The notes beneath the pieces were generated by a model that ran no database searches, was not told the DNA's origin, and worked only from the letters and a program-made list of their open reading frames with translations. The translations under genes and the position numbers were made by a program. 64,000 nucleotides of DNA, taken from positions 186,001 through 250,000 of the IMG/VR virus record IMGVR_UViG_3300043418_000072; one strand, written 5' to 3'. Positions 1 through 8,518 of the stretch are shown here, one piece after another (positions within the stretch are counted from its first letter, which is position 1; every line of letters begins with the position of its first letter).

Positions 1-885
1 TTGCAAGCCCTTGGCTCTAGCGGCTGTGACCCTATGGTTGCCGTCTAGTAGCCATCCGTTGCTGTCTGCAACTACGGGCTTCTTTAAAATATCACGTGTT
101 GTGACATTGTTGATGTGGTCCCAGTCTAAGTCGATTACTCTGCGGTAAGGATCGTCTTGATCGTAGAACTCCGGAGTCTGCAACTCACTTAGTGGAACTT
201 CTTTAAGCACCCATACCTTGTGTCGCAGAATTGGCTTTTCTAAATGATATTCATTATGTATGCCTTTAACATACTTGAGCACCTGTTGATTGGTGTAAAG
301 TTTGTTTTCTACGCTTAGGTCAACATCTTCGTCTTCTACTTCGCTAGCAGGAATCAAGCCTTCTAGTGCATAGTGCAGTTTCTTTAAGGCCCGTTCACAC
401 TCGCCATCTTTGTACAAGATACCAATTCCGCCATTTGCTTCCCATAGCTTGATATTGCTATCCCAATCGTCGATCAAGATATTAGGAGTGCCATCTGCTT
501 GTCTAGCAAACTTTTCCTTTTGGTGATCAAAGATAATGCTTTCGGGAGGGATTCTGGATAGTTTGCGATCAATCCAGTCGGCCTTTTCTCTGCTGCTTTG
601 CTCTACATCGCTCATTAGCGGAGCAGATAAGATACTGTATTCGCCTGCTAGTTTTAGCACACCGTGTAGCAGTTTACCTGCTTGTGGTAATGCTGGCAAT
701 TCAGCGAAGAATCCAGGTTCTTGTGCGACTTGATCAATGCAGTCTTTTTCTTTACGTGCTCTACGCCAATGCGTTGCACCTTCGCGTTTTGCGATCTCGC
801 CAAACATGTCCGCGAGAACACCGTCGAGGTCAACGTATACCACCGGAGTGGACTCATAACTATTTTCTAATTCAAAACTTTTCAT
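1..885 (-). CDS. HAD 5'(3')-deoxyribonucleotidase fused to a C-terminal ParB/Srx-like domain (3' end outside window)
   Basis: Not in ORF track because it is truncated. Hand translation from ATG at 885: [28 protein letters not shown]...ILSAP...NILIDDW (HAD motifs), later [20 protein letters not shown] (ParB-like DGxHR). Confidence 0.8.
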   Translation of the reverse strand, partial: MKSFELENSYESTPVVYVDLDGVLADMFGEIAKREGATHWRRARKEKDCIDQVAQEPGFFAELPALPQAGKLLHGVLKLAGEYSILSAPLMSDVEQSSREKADWIDRKLSRIPPESIIFDHQKEKFARQADGTPNILIDDWDSNIKLWEANGGIGILYKDGECERALKKLHYALEGLIPASEVEDEDVDLSVENKLYTNQQVLKYVKGIHNEYHLEKPILRHKVWVLKEVPLSELQTPEFYDQDDPYRRVIDLDWDHINNVTTRDILKKPVVADSNGWLLDGNHRVTAARAKGLQ

Positions 886-906
886 ATCAGTATTTACGTG
901 GGTTTA

Positions 907-914
907 TATAAATA
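907..914 (+). promoter_or_regulatory. T4-type late promoter TATAAATA for the GIY-YIG gene
   Basis: Exact TATAAATA about 60 nt upstream of ATG 977. Confidence 0.65.
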
Positions 915-976
915 TTAGTGTAGTTCGCGGACATCCCCTTCCCAACTACTCTAATGCTACAAGGAGCAATCAGCAC

Positions 977-1570
977 ATGTATTTACACTATTACGTCTAT
1001 GCCTATCTAAGAAAAGATAGCACACCTTACTACATTGGCAAGGGAAAAGGTAACCGTGCATTTCAGAATCATATTTCTCACAGGCCACCAGCTGATAGAA
1101 CTAGGATAGTGTTTATTGAGAAAAATTTATCCAATGTAGGAGCCCTTGCAATCGAACGTAAGATGATACTCTGGTATGGCCGTAAGGATAATGGAACTGG
1201 TATCTTGCGTAACAAAACAGATGGGGGAGATGGATTAACTAATTACAATCCGTCAGCGGCAGTGAGGCAAAAATGTTCACAACCCGGTGAGTTAAATGGA
1301 ATGTATGGTAAATCACATTCTGATGATGTACGAAAAGCGTCGAGTATGCGAAGATCCCGCACTAATAGCTTGCGGCGGTGGTATAATAATGGCGTAGAGA
1401 CTGCTTTCTTATTAGAATGTCCCACTGGATGGCGCGAAGGCAGAATAAATCAAAAGCCCACTACTGCTGGTAACAAATGGTACAATAACGGTATTATTGC
1501 AGTTAGTAGAAAAGAGAAACCACCCGGGGACGAGTGGATTTGTGGTATGCTTGACCGTAATAATTTATAA
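977..1570 (+). CDS. GIY-YIG homing endonuclease with NUMOD3-like repeat
   Basis: YVYAY...YYIGKG..R, E and N-x-T-D-GG-D-G core, NGMYGKSHS motif, WYNNG repeats; on the opposite strand to its neighbours. Confidence 0.85.
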   Translation: MYLHYYVYAYLRKDSTPYYIGKGKGNRAFQNHISHRPPADRTRIVFIEKNLSNVGALAIERKMILWYGRKDNGTGILRNKTDGGDGLTNYNPSAAVRQKCSQPGELNGMYGKSHSDDVRKASSMRRSRTNSLRRWYNNGVETAFLLECPTGWREGRINQKPTTAGNKWYNNGIIAVSRKEKPPGDEWICGMLDRNNL

Positions 1571-2128
1571 CGCTAGCGCTCGACGAAAACTTTGAATTGT
1601 GTGGTTAAGAGTTGTGTTAACTGCGTTCTGTTGGCGCAGGGCAATTTCGTGTCCGATACTAAAGATGTTAGTAGGAGGCATAGTAACACGGGCATCGCTT
1701 TCGATTCCGTCCCTACTAATAGCAAGTCCGTGCTTGGTAACAAGGTGCTTAATGGGTGCATTATAGCTCAAACAGTGCATGTAAAGGTCTCTAAAACCTC
1801 TGTTTTGTGCCCATGTCATGGCATAATCCATCATACCACTGGCAATGCCCTTGCTGCGATATGCTTCTGCTACCATTACACCAAACTCTACTTCGTGGTC
1901 GCTCATACGTGCAATATGCACGGTGCCCACAATTTCTTGATCAATATCTTCTGCTACCACAATATTGTGCAAGAGTGCATCTGCAATCATTCCATCCATT
2001 AAATGATCAATCATTTCATGACGCATAGCGTGTCCAAAATAAAGATTAAGAGAATCGGAATTACGCTGTTTTAGAAACATAGCGTATTTTGGTAACTCAG
2101 GCGCAGATAGAATTCGGTAAGTGATCAT
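1565..2128 (-). CDS. GNAT acetyltransferase
   Basis: [17 protein letters not shown] acetyl-CoA motif A, followed by CLSYN motif. Confidence 0.85.
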   Translation of the reverse strand: MITYRILSAPELPKYAMFLKQRNSDSLNLYFGHAMRHEMIDHLMDGMIADALLHNIVVAEDIDQEIVGTVHIARMSDHEVEFGVMVAEAYRSKGIASGMMDYAMTWAQNRGFRDLYMHCLSYNAPIKHLVTKHGLAISRDGIESDARVTMPPTNIFSIGHEIALRQQNAVNTTLNHTIQSFRRALAL

Positions 2129-2129
2129 G

Positions 2130-2225
2130 TTAGTACCAGTAACGACCGTTCTTGGTTATGGCGCGGGCTCTAAATTCCTGAAAGCGAATTATGCCTTCCC
2201 ATAAGGTCTTTAAGTATTTACTCAT
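2130..2225 (-). CDS. small hypothetical protein (31 aa)
   Basis: Hand-translated MSKYLKTLWEGIIRFQEFRARAITKNGRYWY; ATGA-coupled to the upstream ORF and abutting the GNAT start. Confidence 0.55.
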   Translation of the reverse strand: MSKYLKTLWEGIIRFQEFRARAITKNGRYWY

Positions 2226-2374
2226 CGTGACCACCCCTTGCGTGAGTCGTACTGGCGAATCCAGTGTTCAACTTCTGTTGTGGTAGTTGGGCGCTTGCTG
2301 GTAATATAGCTGTCTAGTTCATCTTGGTAAGATGGTGCAGCAAATAGACTTTTGATCCATTGTAATAATTGCAT
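2222..2374 (-). CDS. DUF3563-like small protein (50 aa)
   Basis: MQLLQWIKSLFAAPSYQDELDSYITSKRPTTTTEVEHWIRQYD; AAGGA RBS and TATAAATA upstream. Confidence 0.6.
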   Translation of the reverse strand: MQLLQWIKSLFAAPSYQDELDSYITSKRPTTTTEVEHWIRQYDSRKGWSR

Positions 2375-2445
2375 TTCAGTTTCCTTCTAGTGATTGAACT
2401 AGTATTTATACTGGGATGCAACATTATCTCATGGTTTCTACTGAG

Positions 2446-2757
2446 TCACTCTGTCCATCTTAGTGCAAACAACACTGACTTCTGCTCGTCAGTGATATCA
2501 ACGTGCCAGGTGACTTCGGCATCCATGCGATCCGGGCGAGTAGGTTTTCCATTGTACAAGGAGAATACTTCCCATCCGAGTCCAATGGAAACCACATTGT
2601 CGCTAAAGCCATCATTGCCGGGCCCACAGTACTCACCAACATTTTCCTCTAGCCAGTCTTCAATTTGAGACAATGCACTACTGATAGTGCCACGGGCATA
2701 AGGATCATACTCGCGAGCATGATTGAGTATGTTGGGAGTAATGTTGAATATGGCCAT
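2446..2757 (-). CDS. hypothetical protein
   Basis: ORF coupled to the clpP stop; ends in FALRW as many small phage proteins do. Confidence 0.7.
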   Translation of the reverse strand: MAIFNITPNILNHAREYDPYARGTISSALSQIEDWLEENVGEYCGPGNDGFSDNVVSIGLGWEVFSLYNGKPTRPDRMDAEVTWHVDITDEQKSVLFALRWTE

Positions 2758-3380
2758 TAAGGACGCTTAGAGATCACCTCATCGGCAAGACCCATTTCTA
2801 CTGCTTCTTGTGCAGAAAGGAATGTGTCAAACTTCATAGTGGCAAACATTTCGTCGTATGTTTTGCCCGCAGTGTTGTGCTTGATGTACAGCTCAGTAAG
2901 GCGTTGGTTCAAGCGTTGGCTTTCTTCAAAGCTGCGTTTAGCATCTTCAAATTGCAGTTCTTGAACGTGTACGCTACCACGTGTGCTAGGAGTGCCCGAG
3001 CTAACACGGTGAATCATTGTGCGTGATTCTGGCAGTACTAGTCGTTTGCCTGGGGCTCCTGCGTTGGCAAGGAAACTGCCCATAGAGCAGGCTTGGCCAA
3101 GTACAATGGTAGAAACATCAGGCTTAATGAACTGCATAGTATCATAGATTGCCAAGCCAGCAGTGACGAGGCCACCGGGTGAGTTGATGTAAAAGAGGAT
3201 GTCTGCATTTGGATCTTCACTTTCTAAAAAGAGCATTTGTGCAATAACGAGACTAGCGGAATGCTCGCTAACATCCGTGTCCAACATGACAATACGATCT
3301 TTGAGCAAACGACTGTAGATGTCGTAAGCACGTTCGCCGTTGGCAGTTTTTTCGAGTACGGTAGGTACAAAGTTAGGCAT
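2757..3380 (-). CDS. clpP: ATP-dependent Clp protease proteolytic subunit
   Basis: ERAYDIYSRLLKDRI, YINSPGG, ACSMGS (Ser), MIHR (His), DTFLSA (Asp). Confidence 0.97.
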   Translation of the reverse strand: MPNFVPTVLEKTANGERAYDIYSRLLKDRIVMLDTDVSEHSASLVIAQMLFLESEDPNADILFYINSPGGLVTAGLAIYDTMQFIKPDVSTIVLGQACSMGSFLANAGAPGKRLVLPESRTMIHRVSSGTPSTRGSVHVQELQFEDAKRSFEESQRLNQRLTELYIKHNTAGKTYDEMFATMKFDTFLSAQEAVEMGLADEVISKRP

Positions 3381-3428
3381 TAGATTCCTGTTAGTTAGTT
3401 GTTGAGCAACTATTATAACAGGATTACC

Positions 3429-3923
3429 TTAACATTTACTAAAATTTTGGTGTTTAAACCAACGCTTTTGTCCAAAAGAGATTTTTAAGTTTAAGCCGTA
3501 ATGCTCAAAACGATCACGGAACATATAGAAGCTAGGACCATGTGCGCCACTGTTCATGTAAATTTGGCGACCGTCTTCTGCTAGTTCCCAGCGGTACACA
3601 TCCCATTGATACTGATGTACCATTTCGTGTGCAATAGTGTTCATGAACCATTGTTGACAAAACCAGTTTGGGACTAGTCTAATATCGCACCAGCTGCCGT
3701 TGTGCTGCTCTTTAGTTAGCCAACTGCATAGTCCCCAACATTTACGAATTCCGCTAAGTGTGATTTGGGGTCGGGTTAGTACTCCGTCAAACACATAACG
3801 ATTGATAATGTTGTATGCGTATACAACGTCCATTTCGTTTGGACGAAACTGCTTTCTACGTTGGTACGTTATGCTGGGCAGTGGTACTGCCATAATGCTG
3901 CGTATCGGGTTCGGTCTTGCCAT
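3429..3923 (-). CDS. SprT-like zinc metalloprotease
   Basis: TIAHEMVHQYQ (HExxH) and downstream HGPSF. Confidence 0.85.
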   Translation of the reverse strand: MARPNPIRSIMAVPLPSITYQRRKQFRPNEMDVVYAYNIINRYVFDGVLTRPQITLSGIRKCWGLCSWLTKEQHNGSWCDIRLVPNWFCQQWFMNTIAHEMVHQYQWDVYRWELAEDGRQIYMNSGAHGPSFYMFRDRFEHYGLNLKISFGQKRWFKHQNFSKC

Positions 3924-3928
3924 AGAAA

Positions 3929-3966
3929 AGCCCCTGGTTACGGTATTTAACTACCGCCCAGGGGCT
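3929..3966 (-). promoter_or_regulatory. Hairpin (terminator and/or RBS-sequestering) with a late promoter TAAATA in its loop
   Basis: AGCCCCTGG...CCAGGGGCT outer stem, CGGTA/TACCG inner stem, TAAATA at 3944-3949 (minus), then TTTT and ATG 3923. Confidence 0.65.
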
Positions 3967-3981
3967 CGTAATCTACAGCGT

Positions 3982-4563
3982 TTATTCTTTCTTTACTGTA
4001 GATACTGTTGCATCAAGCTCTTTGAACTCTCGCTCTGCTCGGGACATTGCACCTCGTGCTGCACGATCTCGTTCCTTAGTGCGGGCAATTACGTTAGCTT
4101 CGCCCATTGGGAGCGCAACCAACACATAAGCTCGGAAACGGCCTTGGCTTTCAATCACCTTAATCTCCCGGATTTCAGTACCAGTTACGTCAACGTCCGG
4201 GCACATGCTTTTAATGGCTGTGGTGTTGATTGCGTTGCTGGTGCTTTCAGTGTCTACCCGGAACACCTTTGTTTGGCTGCGCACTGTACCACCTGCTGCC
4301 ATACAAATTTGTCGGAATGCGTTGGTTTCCGCAATGTCCTTGGCCATGTTAAAGTCACCTGAAATTGCAGTACCCGACGCATATACTGCATCAGTGCTCT
4401 TAGGTAACTTAGTCATCCACTCAGGAGCTTCGTTAATGGTTTGCTTTACCACACGTTCTTGACGCTCACGCACTTCTTCTGCGCGGCGCTCGTACGGGTC
4501 ACGGGTTGAGCTACAGCCTGTCATGATCAGGGCGATTGCGGCAATTGATAAAATACGTTTCAT
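3982..4563 (-). CDS. lipoprotein (LPP20-like)
   Basis: Start reassigned to MKRILSIAAIALIMTGC (lipobox, GAGG RBS); PEW...VYASG motif. Confidence 0.75.
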   Translation of the reverse strand: MKRILSIAAIALIMTGCSSTRDPYERRAEEVRERQERVVKQTINEAPEWMTKLPKSTDAVYASGTAISGDFNMAKDIAETNAFRQICMAAGGTVRSQTKVFRVDTESTSNAINTTAIKSMCPDVDVTGTEIREIKVIESQGRFRAYVLVALPMGEANVIARTKERDRAARGAMSRAEREFKELDATVSTVKKE

Positions 4564-4610
4564 TTCACACCTCTTGTTTGTTTCAATAACACAGTTTAAC
4601 ATAGATCCCA

Positions 4611-5060
4611 TTACCGGTCAACAATGGCTTCCCAACGGTTGACAACTGGCTTGGGGTTATTTCCACGATAGCATTTTGTACCTTGGCCGTTACCCGAAGG
4701 CAACTGCTCAGTTACTGTCACGCACCCTTGTGGACGGGCTACTGGAGCAGGACACCAATCATGGATCGTCCTGATCAAATTCTTAGCAATGTGTTCCTGT
4801 CTGCGATCAAACATGGCACGTTCTTCGTAGTACGTACCATCTGCTATTGACACCGCAGAAGCCACAGGGCTGGTTATTCTTAGTGCGTTTCTCCAACGGT
4901 CATTTACAGTGGGTATCTGACCTTGCAGAAATGCAATTTGTTCGTCTCGGTACTTGCAATCAATTTGAAAGCGATTCAAATCAACCACATCCATCTTGCT
5001 GGTAGTAGTTGTGCTACAACCAGCGAGGGCGAGTAAACTGATTGCAAGTACGAGTCTCAT
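4611..5060 (-). CDS. lipoprotein
   Basis: LLALAGC lipobox. Confidence 0.75.
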   Translation of the reverse strand: MRLVLAISLLALAGCSTTTTSKMDVVDLNRFQIDCKYRDEQIAFLQGQIPTVNDRWRNALRITSPVASAVSIADGTYYEERAMFDRRQEHIAKNLIRTIHDWCPAPVARPQGCVTVTEQLPSGNGQGTKCYRGNNPKPVVNRWEAIVDR

Positions 5061-5293
5061 TGGCAGTAGTGTTTTAAGCGTTCAATTTGAACATCAATAG
5101 TTTGATCATACTCAGACTGCGAAACAGTGCTGCCCGGGCCAAGAGGAAAACGTTTCCATTTAGTCAGCATCCTGATCCTGGCATCCCTGTTTGCACAATC
5201 TGGGTTAAAGTTAGTCACTGCACTATATGGAGGGCGATGCTGGCTAGCACAACCTGCTAATGCAGCGACTAAGATCAAAGCTAAGAGTTTCAA
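5057..5293 (-). CDS. lipoprotein, paralog-like to 4611..5060
   Basis: AALAGC lipobox; shared DC-x-x-RD-x-x-I-x-x-L motif. Confidence 0.7.
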   Translation of the reverse strand: MKLLALILVAALAGCASQHRPPYSAVTNFNPDCANRDARIRMLTKWKRFPLGPGSTVSQSEYDQTIDVQIERLKHYCQ

Positions 5294-5448
5294 TGCTTGT
5301 GGAAAGTTACTGCTGCCTTTAGCGCGGTTTGCGCTGTTTTCTCATCAACCTGTGCGTTGCGCTGGATATAGCGCACAGCATCACGGCTGTTGAATTGAAG
5401 TTGAAACACTGCCTCATTGGCAAAACGCTCGGCTTGGTTAGACATCAT
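5290..5448 (-). CDS. hypothetical protein (52 aa)
   Basis: Hand-translated MMSNQAERFANEAVFQLQFNSRDAVRYIQRNAQ...; strong AAGGAG RBS. Confidence 0.7.
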   Translation of the reverse strand: MMSNQAERFANEAVFQLQFNSRDAVRYIQRNAQVDEKTAQTALKAAVTFHKH

Positions 5449-5474
5449 TTTCTCCTTGGTTACGATGTTTGGGT

Positions 5475-5801
5475 TTACGCTGAAACTTTTTCTTGGACTC
5501 GACTACTTTTTGTCGAAATGGACTGTCCTGATGAAACAGTACCAGATGTGCTCTTGGATCTGGGTTTCGTGTTTTTCTTTGTCGCTGCTTTGTCATTTTT
5601 AAACTCTTGCTCGATGTACCAAGCTAACATTGTAGCATTGATATAAGCCAATAAATCCGTGTTCAAACTTTCTACCATAAAACGCACAGGGCAATGGCCC
5701 CACGATTGCGTTTCAATGAACTTTCTGTAATAGCGTCGATGCTCTGCATTAGTTGCATCAAAAGCCACAATAGGTCTTGCGCGGAGATACAGTAGGCTCA
5801 T
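5475..5801 (-). CDS. conserved phage hypothetical protein
   Basis: Start reassigned to MSLLYLRARP; FDATNAEHR...WGHCPVRF. Confidence 0.7.
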   Translation of the reverse strand: MSLLYLRARPIVAFDATNAEHRRYYRKFIETQSWGHCPVRFMVESLNTDLLAYINATMLAWYIEQEFKNDKAATKKNTKPRSKSTSGTVSSGQSISTKSSRVQEKVSA

Positions 5802-5802
5802 A

Positions 5803-6225
5803 TTATTCCAGTTCTGCTTCGATAGCGTCTGCCAACACTTGCAAAGGACCGCCACCCAAGCTAACGTACCACACACCATCTTTCATGATGTAAGTGTAGT
5901 GAGCTTGTGTGCTAGCCAACAACTCTTCCATGCTAAATGCAACTTGAAAGTCAACGCCAGACTCATCGCGATCACGCTTGTAGAAGCGACATTGCTTGGC
6001 AATATGGTACTCGTCGTACTCTAGACGATCGCTAAAATCAATCTTCTCGCCAATCTCTTTGCCGAGCATAGAGCAGTCACCTTGGGCAACTAGGAATTGA
6101 GCTTTAGTGCTGTCATAGTTTGCCAGCAATACTTTACCAGCGTAGTCCAGATAACCATCGCTATGCAGGTAAATGTGTTTGCATTTGTCACCGTGCATAA
6201 TTCCGATTGTTGCGTTTGTGCTCAT
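5803..6225 (-). CDS. conserved phage early protein
   Basis: MSTNATIG...IYLHSDGY motif; AGGAG RBS; early promoter upstream. Confidence 0.75.
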   Translation of the reverse strand: MSTNATIGIMHGDKCKHIYLHSDGYLDYAGKVLLANYDSTKAQFLVAQGDCSMLGKEIGEKIDFSDRLEYDEYHIAKQCRFYKRDRDESGVDFQVAFSMEELLASTQAHYTYIMKDGVWYVSLGGGPLQVLADAIEAELE

Positions 6226-6256
6226 CTCAACTCCTGTTTTTGCTTGCTATGTATCT

Positions 6257-6285
6257 ATTATACAACCAAAATCATTAATGGACAA
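6257..6285 (-). promoter_or_regulatory. sigma70 early promoter (repeat family copy 1)
   Basis: TTGTCC-17 bp-TATAAT. Confidence 0.75.
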
Positions 6286-6288
6286 CCA

Positions 6289-6606
6289 TTATTTGCAGTT
6301 TTTGTCTTTTGTTTTGTCGCAATCTTTGCTGCTATTGCTGCGCTGATGCCAGATGTTCCATGGCATATAGAAGTACGAAGGACTAGTTACAGTGCTAGGA
6401 CTTTCGGTAGTACTTTTGCTTGGAGAAGTAGTACTTTTTGCTGGTGCAGGAGCAGAACCTTTTGCTGGCGCTGCTGCATGACTTGAGCTTGCATGTCCAC
6501 CGGAACTAGCATGACCGCCGCCTCCATGTCCGCCTCCGCCACCACCTTTAGCTTGGGCAGTGCCGGTAATTGCAAGGACGATACAGAGTGCAATAATTTG
6601 TTTCAT
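6289..6606 (-). CDS. secreted Gly/Ser-rich hypothetical protein
   Basis: Signal peptide ending AQA, then GGGGGGHGGGGH. Confidence 0.7.
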   Translation of the reverse strand: MKQIIALCIVLAITGTAQAKGGGGGGHGGGGHASSGGHASSSHAAAPAKGSAPAPAKSTTSPSKSTTESPSTVTSPSYFYMPWNIWHQRSNSSKDCDKTKDKNCK

Positions 6607-6612
6607 GTGTGT

Positions 6613-6641
6613 ATTATATAACCAAAATCATTTATGGACAA
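6613..6641 (-). promoter_or_regulatory. sigma70 early promoter (copy 2), leaderless start
   Basis: TTGTCC-17-TATAAT; ATG lies 6 nt after the -10. Confidence 0.75.
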
Positions 6642-6645
6642 CCAT

Positions 6646-6668
6646 AAAAAAGCCCCAATTAAGGGGCT
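6646..6668 (-). terminator. intrinsic terminator after the phasin-like gene
   Basis: AGCCCC/GGGGCT stem followed by a T run on the minus strand. Confidence 0.8.
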
Positions 6669-6689
6669 AGTGAATAGTAGTACTTTGTA

Positions 6690-6959
6690 TTACTTTTTAA
6701 AGCTGAACTTCTCGCTGAAGTCTTTTGTGGCTTTGGCGAAGTCAAACTTGCTGGCTTCGGTAGCTGCTTTAACTGCTTCGCTAGTCAATTGAGCCACTGT
6801 GTCGGAACCGGCCTTAGCTGCCTTCTTTGTGTACTCAGCTTGTGCGTCAACAAAACCGTTTAGTGCCTTGGCGACTGCTTGGTTGTTTGCGAATACTGTG
6901 TTAACGAATTGTTTTTTACCGTTAGATACGGTGTCGATGAATGTGTCTGTAATAAACAT
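6690..6959 (-). CDS. phasin-like (PHA granule-associated) protein
   Basis: Start reassigned to MFITDTFIDTV (AGGAG RBS); Ala/Lys-rich amphipathic helices, FVDAQAEYTKKAAK; PhaR-like palindrome upstream. Confidence 0.55.
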   Translation of the reverse strand: MFITDTFIDTVSNGKKQFVNTVFANNQAVAKALNGFVDAQAEYTKKAAKAGSDTVAQLTSEAVKAATEASKFDFAKATKDFSEKFSFKK

Positions 6960-7032
6960 GTTGTTTCTCCTAAATAGACGAATACTTCTTTTACGGCCCG
7001 CCCTATGCAGCACCGTACAAAGTATTTAGTTA

Positions 7033-7061
7033 TTATAATGCTGCGCCGCAGCAAAAGTCAA
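7033..7061 (-). promoter_or_regulatory. sigma70 promoter with a PhaR-type operator TGCTGCG-C-CGCAGCA (7039-7053) in the spacer
   Basis: TTGACT-18-TATAAT on minus; perfect 7-bp inverted repeat between the boxes. Confidence 0.6.
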
Positions 7062-7127
7062 CAAATTTTCCTAGTGAGCTGTCACTAATTAAATACATAT
7101 ACATTGAAACATGTTTAAGGAGATCCA

Positions 7128-7427
7128 ATGTTTAAAGCAATCAAAGAATTCTTTTTTGGCAAGCCAACTCCGGCACCAAAAATTGAGTCACACGTAGAGG
7201 CAGTAAATGCAGCACCGTACAAAGTTGAACCACCAGTTCTAACTGAAGTAGTTACACCTGCAAAAAAGCCTGCTGCTAAAGTAAAGCCAGTTGCACCTAA
7301 GAAACCAGTTGCTAAAGCGCCTGCAAAAAAGCCTGCTGCAATCAAAGCACCTGCTAAGAAAGCATTGGCTAAAGCTGGCGATCCAAAGCCTGCTAAGAAA
7401 CCAGCCAAGAAACCTGCTAGCAAGTAA
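7128..7427 (+). CDS. histone H1-like / PhaM-PhaF-like PAKK-repeat protein
   Basis: Repeated PAKKP/PAKKA; N-terminal amphipathic MFKAIKEFFFGK; AAGGAG RBS; TAAATA upstream. Confidence 0.7.
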   Translation: MFKAIKEFFFGKPTPAPKIESHVEAVNAAPYKVEPPVLTEVVTPAKKPAAKVKPVAPKKPVAKAPAKKPAAIKAPAKKALAKAGDPKPAKKPAKKPASK

Positions 7428-8518
7428 TGTTTCTCAACGTCGGAGTTTTCCGCGATAATTCCGACACGGTTAGGTACCACCTAGATCATTTTGAAAAGCT
7501 CACTCCAAACGAATGGGCAGTTTACGATGATCTAGGTCACTACTTAAACAGTGGGCATCCACTGAACATCGCGTTTATTCACCTACCCTATCCATTCAAA
7601 TCTGACACCCAAGCTAAACTAGATGCAGTCTACGAGATCAGCGATTTTGTTTTTGTTATAGGCTCTGAGCTACATGCTAGCACACTAGAGTTTATACTAA
7701 AGAACGATCGTCCCAACATTGCCTACTATCTTTGCGGGTTTGTTGAGCAACCACTGGAACATGCAACTGTTCATCAATACTTTGATTGGTTTGAAACCAG
7801 TCGCTATTTTTATCGTGATTACTTGCCCGAGCTGTTGGGAAGAATCAATTATGTTCACAGTAAGGAATCGCACTTTGATATCCTACTAGGTCGAAAGAAG
7901 CCTCACCGTGATGCTGTTTACCAATTTGTAAAAGCGAACCTAAGGCAAGAAAATCGTGTGCTCACTTACTTTAACGAGCACCAAGTAGATTTTGCCACGG
8001 GTAGTGAACAATGGATATGGGAGGATCGCGGTATGCAGTTTATCAATGATCCTAAATGGACTGTGGACTTTGTTAAGTACTACGGTCACGCGATGAGTAT
8101 TAGCCAAGTTATACCCATTGATATCTACAATCGCACTGCCTACACTGTAGTAGCAGAAACCAACTATGATAATAGATACAGTTTTTACACTGAGAAAACT
8201 GCCAAGCCTATTATTGCTAGGCGCTTGTTTATTATGTTTGGCGGCCAGCATTACCTACGCAATTTACGCAAGTTGGGATTTCAAACGTTTGGTTCTGTTA
8301 TAGATGAAAGCTACGACTCTATTGCCGATGACCAACAACGTTGGGCCGCAGCATGTGATCAGATGAGTTGGTTATGCAATCAAGACCAAAATGCCATACT
8401 TCAAAAGGCAAGGCCAATCGTTGAACATAACTTTAACATTATGATGTCAACTGATTGGCACTTGTCTCTTGTGCGCGGTCTAGAATCTAAGATTGAAGAG
8501 CTACTGTCGCGAACTTAA
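7427..8518 (+). CDS. phage glycosyltransferase-like protein (paralog family member 1)
   Basis: C-terminal VVAET...TEKTAKPIIARRLF...LRKLGFQTF...IDESYD, shared with 14138 and 49325. Confidence 0.55.
   Translation: MFLNVGVFRDNSDTVRYHLDHFEKLTPNEWAVYDDLGHYLNSGHPLNIAFIHLPYPFKSDTQAKLDAVYEISDFVFVIGSELHASTLEFILKNDRPNIAYYLCGFVEQPLEHATVHQYFDWFETSRYFYRDYLPELLGRINYVHSKESHFDILLGRKKPHRDAVYQFVKANLRQENRVLTYFNEHQVDFATGSEQWIWEDRGMQFINDPKWTVDFVKYYGHAMSISQVIPIDIYNRTAYTVVAETNYDNRYSFYTEKTAKPIIARRLFIMFGGQHYLRNLRKLGFQTFGSVIDESYDSIADDQQRWAAACDQMSWLCNQDQNAILQKARPIVEHNFNIMMSTDWHLSLVRGLESKIEELLSRT

Noticed and set aside
654-857. ORF-track call 654..857 (-) and the overlapping plus-strand ORFs
   Set aside because: Wrong frame; the real gene is the HAD-ParB ORF starting at 885 and running off the window
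6405-6440. AGTACT copies inside the 6289..6606 gene as operator sites
   Set aside because: They encode the repeated KSTT peptide and are not at the fixed promoter distance
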